From the NCBI GenBank assembly GCA_040954595.2, contig CM082593.2, forward strand, positions 3,117,434-3,181,433: 64,000 nucleotides of DNA, written 5' to 3'. The position numbers were made by a program, and so were the translations under genes. Source of the DNA: Balanoglossus misakiensis. Taxonomy: Eukaryota > Animalia > Hemichordata. Below, piece by piece: positions 60,101 to 64,000 of the stretch (positions are counted from its first letter, which is position 1; each line of letters opens with the position of its first letter). The notes beneath the pieces are model-generated. The model saw only the letters and a program-made list of their open reading frames with translations. It ran no database searches and was not told the DNA's origin.

Positions 60101-61865
60101 CGATAAAGGCGACATGTCGTATGACGATATACGAGTTGTAGATGGTCGCTGTTATATTAAAGGTGTGTACTGTCAATAACATTGTTGAGATATACTCCCG
60201 TTAACTTTGCCTGGATATTGTGGTGTACATTTGTTCTGTAATTGTGTTGACGGTGCGTGTACGGTATATATATTATTCATCTTGTCAATCAAATACAGAA
60301 ATATGTCGTCACGTATTTATGGTTTAGGACTGGTTTGGACACACTTGTAACACATGTGTACACGAAAAAGGTAAACACTGTTTGCCAACGAAACGAGATG
60401 TGTAGACCTAAGAGTATGTGTTGTTAAGGATTTTGACCAGTTTGAAAATGTAAGGAACCATTTCTGTCACCCGCGAATTGCACAGAATATGATATTAATA
60501 AGCTTACGACTATTTTTGTCTACGACTACACAGGAAATGAAGATTTCGAGGGGCGAGGACTGGCTGCATGGTTGAACGATGATGCCAATGTTGACAAATT
60601 TGATTGGTTGGTAGCGACTGGCGATAATGCTTTCGGATTGTCTGGTCCAAACGTCGATCACACGTCTGGAACAGAAACGGGTAATGCGCAGATGTTCATG
60701 CAGTTATTTCAAGTGGCTTGTTTAGACAATAATTGACACATTGATCTATTATCTGACTGGTGAACTGTCAGATGAATTTGTTGGTTGATAACTGTACCTA
60801 TTGATCACGTTTTTTTTCAGGGAAATATGCTCTGTTTGACGTGTCTGGTGGTAGTCAAGGAGACAACGCTATTCTGAAAAGTTCCCCGGAGATGCTCTGG
60901 ACTGTCAAAGCACTTTGCTTTGGATTCTGGTATCACATGAGTGGTGAAAACATCGGGGAACTTCGTGTCAATCTCAGAGATACCAGCATGGACCCAGTGA
61001 AGGATACGTTATTATGGAGTCTGAGTGGTCCACAAACAAGCGGCGACAGTTGGAAGGAGGCTATAATCCCACTTCCTGATTACCCAACATTGTCAAGCGA
61101 GGTAGGTTTAATGTTCATGACTGTTAATGTGGATCTTAAATTGAAAAAAAATGAAAGCAGAACAATTACCTGAAATATACTTAACTCTTTCATAAAGAGA
61201 TTGACAACAGTCTATTCATCAATGGAAATTTCTAAAATGCGTCAACATTTTTCTCCATTCATATTTTGTACATACATGTAGATAGTATTTGAAGGAATAC
61301 GAGGCGAAGGAAACCAGGGCGATATAGCCATTGACGACACAGCGATATACCTAACCCCATGCAGCAGAGTCCTTCCACCTGAAGCAGAGCCCATTAAGAA
61401 CTTGAAATCAAAAGGTATTGTTAGATAAATTAATATTAAAGTAAAACAGATACAGGCATGTGTACAGAACCCATCAATAATATTAAAGTCAATTTATTTA
61501 AAGGTTTAGTTATATTGTACCCTAACACGGTATTTTATCGCATTCTTACTTTAGGGAATATTGGCTTGATTGTTGGAGTGGCCGTATCTGTCACAGTTGT
61601 CGTAGTGATTATTGTGGCAGTTGTAGTTATTGTTCTTCGTAAACACCAATTCAAACTGTGAGTAATATCACCTATTGTTATACATGTATAATGTTTCTTG
61701 TATACATGCACCGTTGCGTCTTTAATAATGTTGTTCTAAAAGTATCGCTGTGAAACATGTTTTCCTAAACCTTCACCTGTTTGTATTTGTAGGTCTGCAT
61801 TGTCAAATGTGGTGTTTCGGCGCTCTGGTGATACTGCGAAATTAGAAGAAACAGTATCGCAATAG
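54188..61865 (+). CDS. MAM-cluster gene 4: signal peptide, 5 MAM domains, TM and short tail (18 coding exons)
   Basis: Exon 1 is 54188-54260 (MATQKVRCFLLVAIVCVAKCQEVK) and exon 2 starts at 55424. The TM exon reads IGLIVGVAVSVTVVVVIIVAVVVIVLRK. The last exon is 61793-61865 (SALSNVVFRRSGDTAKLEETVSQ*). Confidence 0.9.
58511..58550. repeat. (CATC)n microsatellite, intronic
   Basis: Seen directly in the sequence. Confidence 0.85.
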
Positions 61866-62164
61866 AATACAGTTAAAGAGGATGTTACCATGGCAACACG
61901 ATGGGCAGATATTCGTCACAATATGCAGTGGTTTGTTTGTAACAATATCCAATGATGGCATGTAATAACCTTTGTAAAACTAATTTTTTTCTGACTAAAT
62001 ATTATTTAGACAAATTTGGCCAGTAAAATTGAATGTACCGTCATTTCTTTTAATTAAGGATTTTAAAATTCTCCTTTGTGTGTATAATCTACATTCCATA
62101 TTAAAATAAGTCACCGTGCTTGCTTTCAATAGCTAATCAGGCTCACCTAACTGTCGTTTATTCT

Positions 62165-64000
62165 TTACTTAAGTAAGTAATCGTACGACAAAAGGTAGTC
62201 CGGTATCCCATGAAGATTCCGCAAGGGAATTGTTTTAAGTTTCCGTCTCTGTCTTGCATATCCAACAAACCGAGACCATTGCGAACCATGACAGGATATA
62301 AAGAGAGGCGTCCCTGTACAAAAACCAAAGTCGTAACATGCTCCTGCTCAGTAATGTCCAATATTTTGTAGGAAGTTGTGAGTTTGGGGACTACACTACA
62401 ATATTATTCTATTCTACAACTTTCCCGCGTATAAATGGTCATTTCTTATTCAAAGAGTAGAAGTACATCAGTAGGATATCTAATTCCAAGTGAGATACAG
62501 GTAAAATAATAACATAAAAATAGTATAATATATACTTACTTTCAGCGATTTCTTGTTCTACCAAAGAAAGGACATAATTGTCATCCTTATACTTAGAGAG
62601 TTCCTTGCTCATCTTCATAGCATCTTCTATTATATATGCATGCTCCAATTTATTCTTAATACGAAAGACCATTTTCTGAAAGATCAATACATATATAAAT
62701 ATATATCAAAATGGATGGATGGATGGATGGATGGATGGATGGATGGATGGATGGATGGATGGATGGATGGATGGACGGACGGATGGACGGACGGATGGAT
62801 GGATGGATGGATGGATGGATGTATTGTGTATGAGTCTCTTGCACCAAATATGCCTTACCTGTTCATAAGGTGCTGTTGCAACATACAGACAGGTTATGTT
62901 GTGTTTACGCAGTGTGTCAGCGACAAGATCAACAATGGTGTCAACTTTTTCAGAGAGAAGAGCCAGGCCGTGTCTTACGGTTTCTGTACAAGATCTCCTG
63001 TAAGTCCAAGGCTGTCCTCCCGCCCTACAGCTAACAATGCAGAACATAGGAGTTAAACATATTCTCAACTCACGCATTATCTCGCGCTAACTAACGTGAT
63101 TGGCAGCAAAGAGGCCCTGCATGACTAAGACTAAAATTATAGTGCATTGAGTAGACATACAAACGTTTCTGTTATATTCCCCCCATTGCTCACCCATTTA
63201 AACGTCAAAATGTGTTCTAAACAATGTTGGTGATTGTTTCAGGTCGCTTATTTGATGAAATGGCTCGTTTCATCCAGTTTATGGTCGTTTGGATCGCTTT
63301 GGCCCGTTTGGCACAGTCATCCACCAACCGGTATTAACAAAACATCGGATATTGTGACTAGAACGTGGTCAATATTGGTTCTGTCGCATTATACCGACGC
63401 AAATGTGCACATACTACACGCTGACGGATTTGTAGGGTAACACGCTGACGGATTGGTTGGGTAACAGTTGCAACGAATGAAAGAACTTTTGGCCATTCAC
63501 CACTCTATTTCATTCGTGGACTTATTGTGGCATCGTTGGACCGACACGGAACAGCATTGTTTGCGCGATAAATACCTAAATGTACTATGGTTATAGAACT
63601 TAAATACGAATACAATTTTGCGTGTATAATAATGATGACCTACGTGTCACACAAAATAGATTAGCTCATGTTGTTGAGTTTGTTTGACGTCTCCATTATT
63701 CGGACTTAACGTAACCGTCTTTTAAAAATAAAATTAAACAACTTTCTTTAAAGTCAAAACTTACTGTTCACCACTTTTGTTCCTCCAGTGCATGACTGCA
63801 AAAGATCCCTCGCATATTTTACCAGTCACTTCTTCCGCCATCCTTCGCACATATGGCGCCCTCAAGAAATATTCAGACACTTTTTTGAAAATTTCTTCGT
63901 TTTGGAATATCTGGTTCCTTGGCGTCACGTAGCCGAGGCAACGAACTGAATTCATTTCCTTGAATCTGGTCGGCACGTTTTCAAGTATTGGCGGGATATC
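62165..64000 (-). CDS. GDP-fucose O-fucosyltransferase-like protein (O-FucT/POFUT-like fold), last four exons; 5'-partial
   Basis: Minus-strand exons 64000-63765, 63030-62859, 62675-62540 and 62313-62165 have GT-AG boundaries and consistent phases. The translation contains [15 protein letters not shown] and [30 protein letters not shown]. These match the family's HxR, xYxAT/SD and EQxIxxxxxxFIxxxxSxF/WS motifs as I know them; no search was run. Confidence 0.7.
62711..62820. repeat. (GGAT/GGAC)n microsatellite in an intron of the fucosyltransferase-like gene
   Basis: About 27 tetranucleotide units. Confidence 0.97.

Noticed and set aside
62553-63077. ORFs with WMDG/SIHP repeats
   Set aside because: These are read-through of the intronic (GGAT)n microsatellite.

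Overview
Intron-rich eukaryotic genomic DNA from a metazoan; the style suggests a marine invertebrate deuterostome, but that is inference. From left to right: (1) the last three coding exons of a CaMKII gene (hub/association domain) and a probable ~4-kb 3'UTR; (2) four tandem + strand paralogues encoding type I membrane proteins (signal peptide, 5 MAM domains, TM, short tail); (3) the 3' part of a convergent O-fucosyltransferase-like gene. Intron 1 of the first MAM gene is 27.4 kb and is almost filled by a structured repeat complex. This comprises degenerate 88-bp satellite flanks, ~11 copies of a ~558-bp unit, and ~20 kb of 87/88-bp satellite with higher-order repeats, nested variant layers and a 12.5-kb inversion. 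Each 558-bp unit carries an 85-bp nested palindrome followed by a short tRNA-like Pol III cassette (A box, B box/T-arm, oligo-T terminator). This cassette array is the best candidate for an undescribed system. Most ORFs in the supplied track are spurious or are exon fragments. All coordinates were read by hand and no searches were run.
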